The notes: generated by a model not told the origin, from the letters alone. A stretch of 64,000 bases of DNA from an uncultured Candidatus Rokubacteria bacterium (GCA_963771355.1 CAVYTA010000006.1:512001-576000); one strand, 5' to 3'; numbered from the stretch's first letter, positions 10,096-21,200 are shown. Made by a program: numbers and translations.

Positions 10096-11654
10096 TCACG
10101 AGACGCGCGCGCGCCGGCCCTGCCAGAAGGGCTCGCGCAGCACGCGCTTGAGGATCTTGCCGGAGCCGTTGCGGGGGATCTCCGCCACGAAGGACACCGA
10201 CCGCGGGATCTTGTAGCCGGCGAGCCGCTCCCGCGCAAAGGCGACGATTTCGTCCGGGGGAGGGGCGCTCCCATGGCGGGGCACCATCACCGCGTGGACG
10301 CTCTCGCCCCACTCCTCGCTGGGAATGCCGAAGACGGCGACGTCGGCGACGTCGGGATGCCGCTCCAGCGCGGCCTCGATCTCGGCCGGGTAGATGTTCA
10401 TGCCGCCCGAGATGATCATGTCGGACTTGCGGTCGCAGATGTAGTAGAAGCCGTCGGCGTCGCGGTAGGCGATGTCCCCCACGGTGGCGAAGCCCTCGCG
10501 GCGGGTGGCGGCGGTCTTGTCCTTCGCCTTGTAGTACGCCTCGAACACGTTCACGCTGCGCACGAACACCTCACCGGGCACGCCGGGCTCGGTCACCTCG
10601 GCGCCCGACTCGTCGTAGAGCCGGATCTCCACGCCCGGCACCGCGCGCCCGCAGGAGCCCGGCTTCCGGCGGTGGTCCGGCGGCGCGAGCACGGTGTCCA
10701 CGCCCAGCTCGGTGGAGCCATAGACCTCCCAGAGGGAGTCCTCGCCGAAGTCGCGCATGTAGGCTTCCTTCAGCGTCATGGACCAGGGGGCGGCATTGGC
10801 GATCATGCGCTGCATGCTCCGCACGTCGTAGCGCCGCTTGACCTCGTCCGGCAGCGCGCACACGAGCCGGATGGGCGCGGGAGCCGAGAAGGTCGTGCTC
10901 ACCCGGTACTTGGCCACGAGCCGCAGCCAGTCCTCCGGATCGAACCGGCGCTGGAGGATGGCGGTGCCGCCCATCCGGTGGTTGATGGCGAGATAGCCCA
11001 GCGGGCCCGAATGGTAGAGGGGCCCGGTGGTGAGGTAGATATCGTCGGGGCGATGGCCCACCAGCTCGAGCAGCGGGCGCGTGTGGGCGGGGTCGGTGGG
11101 GAGGCGCAGGGCGCCCTTGGGCCGCCCCGTGGTCCCGGACGTGTAGAGCATCGTGGACGGCGTGCCGGTGGGGATGTCCACCTCGGGCTCGGTGTCGTGG
11201 GCGCGAGCGAGCAGGGTCTCCGCGTCCAGCATGCCCGGCCCCGGCCGGCCCCCGAAGACGATCACGTGGCGGACGCGCGGGATGGTGGGCGGATGCGGGC
11301 GAAGAGGCCCGCCTGCTCCGCGTCCACGTACACCGCCACCGCGTCGGAGTTGTCCACGACGTAGGCGGTCTCCTCCGCGGTGAGGCGATAGTTCAGCGGC
11401 ACCGCGACTGCGCCGATCTTGGGGAGCGCGTGAATGGCCCGGATCGCGTCGAGGGAGTTCTGGCCGCACCAGACCACCTTCTCGCCCGGCGCCACCCCGA
11501 GTCCGAGGAAGAGATTCGCCAGTCGATTGGCCTGGCGGTTCAGCTCGGCGAAGCTCCACACCGTGACGGGCGCGCCGGGCCGATCGTCCACCACCGCCGG
11601 CTTGTCGCGGAGCGCGATCGCATGATCGGCCAGGTAGGACCGGGTGATGGGCAT
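10096..11654 (-). CDS. AMP-binding acyl-CoA synthetase (one frameshift near 11290)
   Basis: YTSGTTGRPKG, YGSTE, GD, DRKSDMIISGGMNIYPAEIE, GSGK. N-terminus in ORF 11262-11654, remainder in ORF 10096-11817. Confidence 0.88.
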
Positions 11655-12409
11655 CAGCGATGGGCCTCGGCGTGGTCCTCGGGGACGAAGCCCAGCACCG
11701 TCCGCGCGTGCGTGAGGTCCCGGTAGCCCCAGCGATTGTCCGAGGTGGCGAAGAAGGCGCCGGAGCGGAGGTCGGCGGGGGCCGCGATGGCCCGCTCGAG
11801 GATCTGGACGACGTCACGCTGACTCAGCCAGACGGAGAAGTCGCGCGTGCTGCGGGGGCGATCCTCGGCGTTGACGCGGCCGATGCGGAGGCTGAGGATG
11901 GACAGGCCGTGCTCGTCGGCGTACTGGCGCGCGAGCGCCTCCCCGTACGCCTTGCTCACCCCGTAGAGCGCGGCGGGGCGGAGGGGCGTCTCGTGGGTGA
12001 GCATGGGCCAGCTCGTGAGCCCCGCGTAACGCCCGGCCACCAGCGACGCGTAGGGCTCCTCGCGCTCATAGCCGGTGACGGTGGCTCCGCTGGAGGCGAA
12101 GATCACGCGCTTGACGCCGGCGCGGCGGGCGGCCTCGAAGACATTGTAGGTGCCGATCAGGTTGTGGCGCAGCACGGACTCCCAGGGCTCGCCGCCCCCG
12201 GCCGCCGCGGCCAGGTGCACCACCACGTCGATGTCCCTGAAGGCCGGCTCGATGGCGCCGAGATCGGCGATGTCCCCGCGATGGCACGGCACGCCGGGAA
12301 TGTCGCGCCGGTTGAGCGCGCGGAGCGGGTACTGGCCCTCGAGCCGCTTGCGGAGCGCGCTCCCGATCAGACCGCTCATCCCGGTCACCAGGATGCGCGG
12401 CGCGGCCAC
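11654..12409 (-). CDS. NAD(P)-dependent epimerase/dehydrogenase (uronate dehydrogenase-like extended SDR)
   Basis: ILVTGMSGLIG, VVHLAA, FASS, LYGVSK (YxxxK), LRIG; probable GTG start at 12409. Confidence 0.82.
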   Translation of the reverse strand: MAAPRILVTGMSGLIGSALRKRLEGQYPLRALNRRDIPGVPCHRGDIADLGAIEPAFRDIDVVVHLAAAAGGGEPWESVLRHNLIGTYNVFEAARRAGVKRVIFASSGATVTGYEREEPYASLVAGRYAGLTSWPMLTHETPLRPAALYGVSKAYGEALARQYADEHGLSILSLRIGRVNAEDRPRSTRDFSVWLSQRDVVQILERAIAAPADLRSGAFFATSDNRWGYRDLTHARTVLGFVPEDHAEAHR

Positions 12410-12417
12410 CGGCGCGC

Positions 12418-13584
12418 TCAGACCGCCACCCGGACGCTCTCGACCCAGTCTCGCCGCAAGGTGAGACCGAGCCCGGGTCCGGTGGGGGCAAGGACATGGC
12501 CGTCCTCGAAGGCGATCTCCTCCTCGACCAGCTCGTTGAGCAGGGGATTGTGGCCGCGGGAGAACTCGATGATGGTGGCGCAGGGCGTGGAGACGCAGAG
12601 ATGGAGCCCGGTGGCGAAGAGGATGGCCGAGCCCCAGAGATGCGGCGCCACCGTGACGCTGTGGCTGGCCGCCAGCGCGGCGATGCGCTGCACCTCGGTG
12701 AGGCCGCCGGCGATGGCGGGATCGGGCTGGAGCACGTCCACCGCGCGGGCCTCCAGCATCTCGCGGAACGCGAAGCGCGTCTGCTCGCTCTCGCCCGCCG
12801 CGATGGGGATGTCGGTGGCGCGGCGGACCTCGGCCTGTCCGGAGAGATTGTCCGGCGACACCGGCTCTTCGAGCCAGCGCAGATCGTGTGCTTCGACCTT
12901 GCGGGCGAAGCGCTGAGCCTCGCGCACGCTCCAGGTGCCGTGGGCGTCCACCATGATGCCGACGTCGGGCCCGAGCGTCTCGCGCACCTCCGCCACGCGC
13001 GCGGCGGAATCGTCCACGCTCGCGTCCTGGAGACCCACCCGCAGCTTCACCGCGCGGTGGCCGCGCTCGACGTACTGCAGCATCTGCTTGCCGATGCTCC
13101 CCACCTTCGCCCAGCCGCCGGAGGCATAGGCGGGCACGCGGTCGCGATAGCGGCCACCCAGCAGCCGCCACACCGGCACCCCGAGCGAGCGGCCGAGTAT
13201 GTCCCACAGGGCGATGTCCACGCCGGCGATGGCCGAGAGCGTGATCCCGCGGCGCCCGATGGTGGGGAAGGTCCGGCCCTCGCGCACGGCGTAGTGGGCG
13301 CGGCTGCCGTTGTAGAGGAGCTCCCAGGCGCCGGTGATGTCCAGCGGGTCGCGGCCGACCAGCAGCGGGGCGAACTCTTCCCGGATGAGGGTCACGATGG
13401 CCGAATAGTTGCCGAGGTTGCCGACGGCGGCCTTGGCCTCGCCCAGTCCCGTGATGCCGTCATCGGTGTCGATCTCGACGAGGCACATGTTGAAGGAATC
13501 ATTGCGCCCGAAGTCGCTCACATGGACGGCCGACGGAGGGATCGGAGCGCGGAGCCAGGAGGCACGGACGGCGGTGATTCGCAT
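12418..13584 (-). CDS. Mandelate racemase/muconate lactonizing enzyme family (enolase superfamily)
   Basis: GLGE, DIALWDILG, KLR, MVDAH, WLEEP, AAGE, QPD, PH, PGLG. Confidence 0.93.
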   Translation of the reverse strand: MRITAVRASWLRAPIPPSAVHVSDFGRNDSFNMCLVEIDTDDGITGLGEAKAAVGNLGNYSAIVTLIREEFAPLLVGRDPLDITGAWELLYNGSRAHYAVREGRTFPTIGRRGITLSAIAGVDIALWDILGRSLGVPVWRLLGGRYRDRVPAYASGGWAKVGSIGKQMLQYVERGHRAVKLRVGLQDASVDDSAARVAEVRETLGPDVGIMVDAHGTWSVREAQRFARKVEAHDLRWLEEPVSPDNLSGQAEVRRATDIPIAAGESEQTRFAFREMLEARAVDVLQPDPAIAGGLTEVQRIAALAASHSVTVAPHLWGSAILFATGLHLCVSTPCATIIEFSRGHNPLLNELVEEEIAFEDGHVLAPTGPGLGLTLRRDWVESVRVAV

Positions 13585-13602
13585 GGTGGATCGGGTTCGA
13601 CG

Positions 13603-13631
13603 AGACTAGCCGGGGGCCCCCGCCAAGTCAA
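13603..13631 (-). promoter_or_regulatory. Putative sigma70 promoter for the 13584-6700 operon
   Basis: Minus strand TTGACT, 17 nt, TAGTCT. Confidence 0.6.
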
Positions 13632-13646
13632 GGTGCCGGGCGACTA

Positions 13647-14202
13647 GGTAGTGTCTCAGTTTGGGCCAAGCCAAGCTAGGATTCCCGCTGGAGCAGGAAA
13701 ACGCCGGTAGCGATGAGACCGACCGCTAGAAGCTTCGTCCAAGTAAACGGCTCCCGTAGAACCATGAACCCGACCAACAACACGAGCGCGGTCGATGTGC
13801 CGCTGATCATGAATGATGAGGTCACCTTTAGCCCGCTGGCATAGGCTGACAAGGTGAAGAGGTCGGCACAGGCGGCGGCCAGCCCAACGATGATGACCAA
13901 ATAGACGCTCTGGGTTGTAAAGGTCACCGGAGAGCCGGTCGCCTTCATCGTCAGTGTCAAAGCCAAATTCGCGAGGAAAGCCACTCCCGTGATGATGGTT
14001 GCGCCTAGTGCCGGATGAATCCCTGGGGATGCGAGCCGGAGGAAGATCGAATAGGCGGCCATCGAGACGCCAGCGAAGAGCGCAAGCATAGTGTAGTGCG
14101 CCATGCGTTTGGGACACTCCTATCAGCCGCCGACTCCGCCAGCGCGGCGACTTCTTCGAGGCTCCACACGTGATCGGCAATCCCCGCCTCCATGGCCGGG
14201 AT
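13647..14202 (-). mobile_element. Truncated IS1-family-like element remnant with passenger gene
   Basis: Minus-strand peptide IPAMEAGIADHVWSLEEVAAL (about 14140-14202) resembles IS1-like transposase C-termini. Terminal-like sequence CAAACTGAGACACTACC at 13647-13663. Lower GC than the flanks. Confidence 0.6.
13676..14104 (-). CDS. EamA/DMT superfamily small membrane transporter
   Basis: 142 aa, about 5 hydrophobic helices, C-terminal LREPFTWTKLLAVGLIATGVFLL typical of EamA. Confidence 0.75.
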   Translation of the reverse strand: MAHYTMLALFAGVSMAAYSIFLRLASPGIHPALGATIITGVAFLANLALTLTMKATGSPVTFTTQSVYLVIIVGLAAACADLFTLSAYASGLKVTSSFMISGTSTALVLLVGFMVLREPFTWTKLLAVGLIATGVFLLQRES

Positions 14203-14724
14203 CTAGGGGTCGCGCCGGGGGGCCGTCACCAGCGCGATCACGCCGGCCACCGTCAGCAGGGCTCCCACCGCCGAGGCCGCCACGACCACGGGTAGGGCGG
14301 CGCCGCGAAGCGCGAGGGCGAGCGCTTGCCCTCCCACCGTGACGAGGGCGGCGCCGACCATGCCGAGCGCGACGATGGCCAGCCAGTGACGCGCCTGGGA
14401 GCGAAAGACCGGGTAGCCGACGGCGGCGCCCCGTGTGAGGCTCGCGACATGAGTGCTCGCCAGCAGGAGAACCAGTCCGCCGCCGAGGGCGGTCGCCGTG
14501 ATGGGATCGTGGTCCGGCCGAGCGACCACGAGCGCGAGGGCGTACTCGATGAGTGCGAGCGCCCCGCCGGCGGTGGCCAGCGGCACGGAAGCCGCGATCG
14601 CTCCGACCCCGCCCACGAGGAGGGTCAGCGCGGCGAGCGCGCCGAGAAAGGGTGACGGAAGAATCGTCAGCGGAAGCCCCGCGAGCACCGCCATGAGCGC
14701 CACCGCCGTGAGACGCAGCGTCAC
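14203..14724 (-). CDS. Hypothetical multi-pass membrane protein
   Basis: 173 aa, highly hydrophobic; GTGA overlap with the DUF58 gene. Confidence 0.75.
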   Translation of the reverse strand: MTLRLTAVALMAVLAGLPLTILPSPFLGALAALTLLVGGVGAIAASVPLATAGGALALIEYALALVVARPDHDPITATALGGGLVLLLASTHVASLTRGAAVGYPVFRSQARHWLAIVALGMVGAALVTVGGQALALALRGAALPVVVAASAVGALLTVAGVIALVTAPRRDP

Positions 14725-16004
14725 GCGCGGACCCCGCGGAGCCGCGGGCGGTGCCAGCCGGCCAGCGCCGCCTCGAGGGGCACGACGCCGTCCCAGTCGA
14801 CGACGGTCAATCCGTCGCGCCGGAGCTCATCGAGGTAGGCTCGGCGCTCCAGCGCCCAGAGTCGCGCGGCCACGTCGGCCACGGGGCCGCCGCCCCGCAA
14901 GAGGGCGCGCCCCGCCGCGACGGGGGACACGGCGACCAGGACCAGGTCGAAGCCGCGCGCGGCGAGATCGGTCGCGGCCTTCACGAAGCGCCCATCGAGC
15001 AGCGGGCTCAGGGCGATGACCAGGGCCTGGGGCGGCAGGACGCGCGGCGGGATCATCTCGAGGTCCCGCGCCACGTACGTGAACACGACCGACGCCCGCG
15101 CCAGCGTGTCCAGCAGGCGGTCCCACTGCGCGCGGCCGGCGCGGGGGCGCACCTGTCGCAGGATGCCGCCGTACTCGATCAGCCCGACGCGGTCCCTCCG
15201 GGTGAGGTAGGCGGCGGCGAGGGACGCCGCTCCGCGAACGGCGCGATCGAGGGTCGAGTTCCCCGCCGGCCCGAGGTCGGCCAGCGTGTCGAGGAGGAGG
15301 ACGACGGCGGCGTTCCGCTCCTGGTGGTGCTGTGTCACGTGCAGGACGCCGAGGCGGAGCGTGGCGCGCCAGTTCACGTGGCGGATCTGGTCGCCCGGCG
15401 CGAACGGGCGAATATCCCCGGGCTCGAGGCCTTCGCCCTGCGCCGGCGAGACATGATTGCCGACGAAGGCCTGGGTCCGCCGGGGGCGGGGCGGGCGCCG
15501 GAACGGCGTGACGTGCGGGTAGACCGCCACCTCGGCGCGCGGCTCCTGATGGCGGGTCTCGGCGGCGGCGAGACCGAGCGGCTCCCAGAGCCGGAGATGG
15601 AGATCGGCGAGCCGCAGCTGCTGGCGGCCGGCGCACGCGAGCTCGAACGTCCAGCACACCTCCTCATCGGGGCCGAGGCTGAAGAACGCATGGTGGCTTC
15701 CGCGCGCGGCCCAGACATGGGGCGGCAGGGGCTGCAGCAGCTCCACCAGCGCCAGGGGCTCCCGGGCCCGGAGGGTCACGGTGACGGTCACGCGCTCGCC
15801 CTCGACCAGACGTTCCGCGGACACCTGGCGGCTGATCTGCCACGTCTCGGTGGGCGCCTTCGCGCGCCGCCCGGCGGCGAGCACGACGACCAGGGGCACC
15901 GCCACGAGCATGAGCTCGGCCCGGCCGGTGAGAACGCCGAGGAAGAGAGCCCAGCCGACGAGCGTGACGAAGGAGAGGTTCAGGGCGGTCGGATGGGAGC
16001 TCAT
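14721..16004 (-). CDS. DUF58 domain-containing protein
   Basis: GEGLEPGDIRPFAPGDQIRHVNWRAT, VVLLLD, DRVGLI; ATG 16004 overlaps the MoxR stop. Confidence 0.9.
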   Translation of the reverse strand: MSSHPTALNLSFVTLVGWALFLGVLTGRAELMLVAVPLVVVLAAGRRAKAPTETWQISRQVSAERLVEGERVTVTVTLRAREPLALVELLQPLPPHVWAARGSHHAFFSLGPDEEVCWTFELACAGRQQLRLADLHLRLWEPLGLAAAETRHQEPRAEVAVYPHVTPFRRPPRPRRTQAFVGNHVSPAQGEGLEPGDIRPFAPGDQIRHVNWRATLRLGVLHVTQHHQERNAAVVLLLDTLADLGPAGNSTLDRAVRGAASLAAAYLTRRDRVGLIEYGGILRQVRPRAGRAQWDRLLDTLARASVVFTYVARDLEMIPPRVLPPQALVIALSPLLDGRFVKAATDLAARGFDLVLVAVSPVAAGRALLRGGGPVADVAARLWALERRAYLDELRRDGLTVVDWDGVVPLEAALAGWHRPRLRGVRA

Positions 16005-16957
16005 GACGGCTCGGTCACCGGCGCGGGCACCTGATGGAGCAGGCTCTCCACTACCTGGGTGGGCGTGATCCGCGAAACCCACAGCTCCGGCCGCAGCACG
16101 AGACGATGCGCGAGCGCGGGCACCGCCATGGCTTTCACGTCGTCGGGCAGCACGAACTCCCGGCCGCGCAGCGCCGCCTCTGCGCGGGCGAGCTTCAGCA
16201 GGGCGAGGGTCCCCCGCGGCGACGCGCCGAGGGCCACCCGGGCGTCGGCGCGCGTCGCCTGCGCGAGGGCCACGATGTAGCCCTCGAGGGCGTCGCTGAC
16301 GAAGACGTCCTCCAGCGCCCCTTGCATGGCGAGCAGCTCCGACCGCGAGACGATGGTGGGGACCGTCGCCGCGTCCGTGCGCCGCTCTCGCCGGCGCCGG
16401 AGGATCGCGCGCTCGGTGTCGGCATCGGGATAGCCGACGCTGACCCGCATCAGGAAGCGGTCGAGCTGGGCCTCCGGCAGCGGGTAGGTGCCTTCCAGCT
16501 CGATCGGGTTCTGGGTGGCCAGCACGAGAAAGGGCGGCGGCAGGGGAAAGGTCTGGCCTTCGACCGTCACCTGCGCCTCCTGCATCGACTCCAGCAGCGC
16601 CGCCTGCGTCTTCGGCGTGGCCCGGTTGATCTCATCGGCGAGGAGGAGGTTGGTGAACACCGGCCCGGCCCGGAACTCGAACCGGCCGCGGGACTGGTCG
16701 TAGAGGAAGCTGCCGGTGATGTCGCTGGGGAGGAGATCGGGGGTGAACTGGATGCGCCGGAACCCCAGGTCGAGCGCCTGGGCCAGGAGGCGCGCGATGA
16801 GGGTCTTCGCGAGACCGGGGTAATCCTCGATGAGCACGTGCCCGTTGGCGAGGATGCCGGCGAAGATGCGCTCGATCACCTCGTCCTTGCCCATGACGAT
16901 GCGCCCGAGGGTCGACACCACCTCGAGAGCCCGCTCGGAGATGGCGCCGACCTTCAC
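16001..16957 (-). CDS. moxR: MoxR family AAA+ ATPase (second copy)
   Basis: GHVLIEDYPGLAKT, RIQFTPDLLPSD, LADEINRATPKTQAALLESM, GTYPLPEAQLDRF; GTG 16957. Confidence 0.95.
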   Translation of the reverse strand: MKVGAISERALEVVSTLGRIVMGKDEVIERIFAGILANGHVLIEDYPGLAKTLIARLLAQALDLGFRRIQFTPDLLPSDITGSFLYDQSRGRFEFRAGPVFTNLLLADEINRATPKTQAALLESMQEAQVTVEGQTFPLPPPFLVLATQNPIELEGTYPLPEAQLDRFLMRVSVGYPDADTERAILRRRRERRTDAATVPTIVSRSELLAMQGALEDVFVSDALEGYIVALAQATRADARVALGASPRGTLALLKLARAEAALRGREFVLPDDVKAMAVPALAHRLVLRPELWVSRITPTQVVESLLHQVPAPVTEPS

Positions 16958-17403
16958 CGCTCGTCCTCGATGGTGGCGATGATCTCGCGGACACTGCCCA
17001 GGCTGGGGCCCCGCGCTCGGCGCAGCGGCGGGGGAACGAGGGGGCGCGCGGCCAGCGCGGTCAGCCGCGGCCACAGGACCCGTTCGAAGTGACGCCGGCT
17101 ACGGAGGCCGGCGCGCACGCTGGCAGTGAGCTCGAGCAGGCGGTGCGGGGCGCCGGGCTCGACGAGAGGAGGAATCCGCGCGGCATCGAGCGCGGATGGT
17201 CCGTGGCGCGCGAGCCGGCCGGCAAGGAATCCCCGCAGCTCCAGCAGCGCCGTGCCGAGCACCAGCGCCGCGGCGAGGCGAGGGACGAGCGCGCGCCAAT
17301 GCGGCTCCAGGTACACATAGACGGGCACCGCGACGAGGAGCACGACGCCCACCAGCGCCGCGTAACGAAGGGACGTCGCCAGGGGGCGGGGCTCAGCGCG
17401 CAT
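16954..17403 (-). CDS. Hypothetical membrane protein of the MoxR operon
   Basis: 149 aa, two N-terminal TM segments; overlaps both neighbours. Confidence 0.72.
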   Translation of the reverse strand: MRAEPRPLATSLRYAALVGVVLLVAVPVYVYLEPHWRALVPRLAAALVLGTALLELRGFLAGRLARHGPSALDAARIPPLVEPGAPHRLLELTASVRAGLRSRRHFERVLWPRLTALAARPLVPPPLRRARGPSLGSVREIIATIEDER

Positions 17404-18277
17404 GCGTCGGGTCCGTCTCGAGCGCGGTCTTCACCTCGTCGAGGCAGTCGCAGGCGGCAGCGCGCGCGTCGGCGCCCAGGGGCCGCTCGCTGAATCTCGC
17501 CAGCTCGAAGAGCGAGGTGAGGCGCTGCACAGGCGCCGAAGGCATCGACGCCTCGGCGAGCACGGACCGCATGAACTCCGCCGGCGTCTGCCACGCCGGG
17601 CGTGGCATGCGGGCGGCGGAAAGCGCGAGCTCGAAGCGCCGATACGCGCGGATGATGGCCGCGCGTGCGTCCGGCTCGGTGCGGAGGTCGTCCAGGCTCT
17701 CCGCGACGGCGACGTCGAGCCGTGAGCCGGTCGCGCCACGCGCGGGGCCGTCCCACCAGCGCACGATGCGCTCGGCGAAGACCACCAGGACCATCAAGGC
17801 AAAGGTGCCGAACGCCAGCAGCAGCGCGAGCCCGGCCACCGCGTAGTCGAAGGCCGGGACCGACGTCGGCGCCTTGCGCGCCTGCGCCAGGAGCTCCAGG
17901 AGCCCGGCGATGGCGGCGAGGGGTGCTTCCAGGGGGTGGGCCGCGCCGGGGGCCCAGCGCGTCCAGGCCAGATAGATGAGCAAGATCATGAGCAGGAGGA
18001 TCGGCAGGGATGCGAGCACCGCGGAGGGGCGGGGCGGGCGCCCGGTCTTGCCGGCGTCGGCCTCGTCCTCGGTGGGGCGCCGGGGCCGTTGCACGGAGAG
18101 CAGCAGGAGCAGGGACAGCGCGGAAAGCCCCAGCACGATCATCCAGACCACTTCGGGCAAGCGGAGCAAGAGGCTCGCCCCGGGCGCGGCGGTCGGCGCG
18201 GGGGATGGGCCGACGGTGGCGGCCATCGCGAGCACGAGGCCGGCGCCCACCATCGCGCCCGCGCGGAGCCGGCTCAC
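17393..18277 (-). CDS. DUF4129 domain-containing membrane protein
   Basis: AIIRAYRRFE...PRPAWQTPAEF...LTSLFELARFS. Confidence 0.85.
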   Translation of the reverse strand: MSRLRAGAMVGAGLVLAMAATVGPSPAPTAAPGASLLLRLPEVVWMIVLGLSALSLLLLLSVQRPRRPTEDEADAGKTGRPPRPSAVLASLPILLLMILLIYLAWTRWAPGAAHPLEAPLAAIAGLLELLAQARKAPTSVPAFDYAVAGLALLLAFGTFALMVLVVFAERIVRWWDGPARGATGSRLDVAVAESLDDLRTEPDARAAIIRAYRRFELALSAARMPRPAWQTPAEFMRSVLAEASMPSAPVQRLTSLFELARFSERPLGADARAAACDCLDEVKTALETDPTHAR

Positions 18278-21200
18278 GGGCGCCTCCTCACGTCCGCCTC
18301 GGCCTGCTCCAGCCAGAACCGCATGCCCATCTCGGCGTACATCGTCGTCGCGGTGTCGAGGTACGCGTGCGCCTGCTCGCGCCTGCCCGCGCGCCGGTAG
18401 AGCGTGCCGAGGCCCAGGTGGCAGTGAGCGACGAGCGGGCGCATGCCGAGCCCGTCGGCGAGCGCCAGCGCCTCGCGATAGTAGCCTTCGGCGTCCTCGG
18501 CGCTGCCCGTCGACGCGACGTCACCGGCGAGGCAGAGGGCTTGAGCCTCGTTTGCCCGGGCTCCCAGGCGCCGGCTGACCTCCACCGCCTCACGAGCGTG
18601 GCGGGCGGCCTCGTCGATCAGTCCGGCGGCATGATAGGTCGTTCCCGCGTAGAGAAGAATCTGCGCCGCCCACCGATAGCTCTGGCTGGCGCGGGACTCC
18701 TCGACCGCACCCGCGACCAGCGGGAGCGCCTCCTCCGTCCGGCCGGCGAGGGCGTGGGCGGCGCCGAGAGCCGCGGCGGCGGCCGCGCTTCCCGCGAAGA
18801 GCTGCCAGGTCCGGCACAGGTCGAGACTCCGCTCGAGAACCTGCGTGGCGCGGGGGAGATCCCCGCGACGGAGGTGGACGAGCCCCAGCTCGAACAAGCC
18901 CCAGTACAGGGACAGGGGATGATCCGCCGCCTCGGCGATGCGAATGGCAGCGTCGCCGTGCCCGCCGGCCTCGTCGAACCGGCCGAGCTGGGAGAGCGCG
19001 TCGGCGAGGAGTGCTCTCGAGAGCGCCGGCTGGATGACGGGCGCCCCGAAGCGCTGGTCCTGCACGTCACTCTTGAGCTCGAGGTTCCGCTCGAGGAGCG
19101 CGATCGCGTCCCCGAGCTCGCCCCGGGTGACGTGCGCCATGCCGAGAAAGGTCGTCGCCACCACCTGGATCGAGGTTTCCCCGAGGGCTTCCCCGATGCT
19201 CAGGGCCTCCTGCCCGAATCTGACCGCCTCGTCGTAGTCGCCGCTACCCAGGCACTGGACCACCATGAAGGTGGCGATTCGCCCGAGCCGGTGCTGATCG
19301 CCGAGCGTTCTGGCGAGCCCCTCCGCCGCGTTGAGATGGTCCACCATGCGTGTGCGCTCGCCGAGGGGGAGCAGCGCGTTCCGGAGGTCGATGCGGATGT
19401 CGATGGTCAGCTCGGCCGTCTCCCTCGTCTCCGGAAGGTGGCGAAGGGCCGCGAGCGCCTGTTCCAGGTGAGCGACGGCCTCGCGGTTGGCCGCCCGCTC
19501 CATGGCCCGATGCCCGGCCTGGCGGAGATACGCGACCGCCCTGTCCCAGAGCTCCCCGCGCAGGGCGTGATGGCCCAGCCGTACCGCCTGCTCGGCCACG
19601 CGCTCGGGCGCGAGCCGCTCGATGGCCTCGGTGATCCGGACGTGCAGGGCGCGCTGCCGGTCGTGGAGCAGCCCCCCGTAGGCGACTTCGTGGGTGAGCG
19701 CGTGCTTGAACGTGTACTCGAGGTCGGGAAAGAGCCGGGTCTCGTAGAGGAACTCGGCGGCCTGGAGGCGGGTGAGCGCGGCGCGCACCTCGTCCTCCGG
19801 CGCCTCGGCGATGGCCAGGAGCAGCGGCATCGGCACGTCCTTGCCGATGACGGCGGCCGCCTGGAGCAGGCGCTTGGCCTCGGGCGCCAGGCGATCGATG
19901 CGCGCGGCCAGGATGGCCTGGACGGTGGCCGGGATCCTCAGCTCCTCGACGGGCCGGGTGAGCCGATACGCGCCGCGCTCGCCGCCCAGCACGCCGGTCT
20001 CCACCAGGGCCCGCACGCTCTCCTCCAGGAAGAGAGGGTTCGCTTCCGTTCGCTCGATGAGGAGCCGCTTGAGCGGGCCGAGCGCCGTGTCGCGGCCGAG
20101 GAGCGCATCGAGCAGCTCATCGGCGCTCTCGGGGGCCAGCGGATCGATCCGGAGCTGGCGGTAGTAGGTCTTCCCGCCCCAGCCGTGGCGATACTCGGGC
20201 CGGTAGTTGACGAGGAGCAAGAGGCGCGTCGCGGGCAGGCTGTCGACGAGGCTGTCGAGCAAGGTCTGGGTCTCGCCGTCGATCCAGTGCAGGTCCTCGA
20301 AGACCACCACCAGCGGCTGGACCTCGCTCTCGCGCAGCAGTAGATGCTTCACCGCGTCGAGCGTCCGCTGGCGCCGCTGGCTCGGGTCGAGAGCGTGCCA
20401 GGACGCCTCGTCCACGGGCACGTCGAAGAGGGCCAGGAAGGCGGGGAGGGCGGGCGAGAGCGAGGGGGCGAGCGTCAGCACTTTCCCCGTGACCTTTTCC
20501 CGGATCTTCCGCGGATCATCGCGGCTCTCGATCGCGAGGTAGCTGCGCAGCAGCTCGATCACGGGCAGGTAGGCGGTGGCCTTGCCGTAGGAGACCGAGG
20601 CGGACTGCAAGACGAGCCAGCCGTGCACGCGATGGGAGTGGACGAGCTCCCAGTAGAGACGCGACTTGCCCACGCCCGGGTCGCCGACCACGGCGACCAC
20701 CTGGCCATGTCCCTGGCTCGCCCGGTCGAGGGCGTCGCGGAGCTGCTCCAGCTCGGCGGTCCGGCCGACGAAGCGCGTGAGCCCCCGCCGCGCCGCGGCC
20801 TCGAGCCGGGTGCGGGCGGCGCCGGCCCCCGCCAGCTCGAACACCTCGACCGGGTCGGCGAGCCCCTTGATCGGCACCGGGCCGAGCGGGGTGACCTGGA
20901 CGAAGCCCTCGGCCAGGCGCAGCGTCCCGGCGGTGAGCCGGATGCTGCCCGGCGCCGCGAGCTGCTCCATGCGGGCCGCCAGGTTCGTGGTCTGGCCCAC
21001 CGCGGAGTAGTCCATGCGGAGGTCGCTGCCGATCGAGCGCACCACGACGTCACCGGAGTTGAGGCCGACGCGGATCTGCATCTCCACGCCCTGCGCTCGG
21101 CGCAGCTCGTCCGAGTAGTGCCGCACGGCCTCCTGCATCCGGAGCGCGGCATAGCACGCGCGCACCGCGTGGTCTTCATGGGCCAGCGGCGCGCCGAAGA

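Noticed and set aside
7506..10274. Apparent fusion of binding protein and permease (922-aa ORF)
   Set aside because: Artefact of frameshifts; a separate stop (8501) and start (8494) exist
8501..11654. Programmed ribosomal frameshifting in the binding-protein and ligase genes
   Set aside because: No slippery heptamers or consistent context; better explained by indel errors
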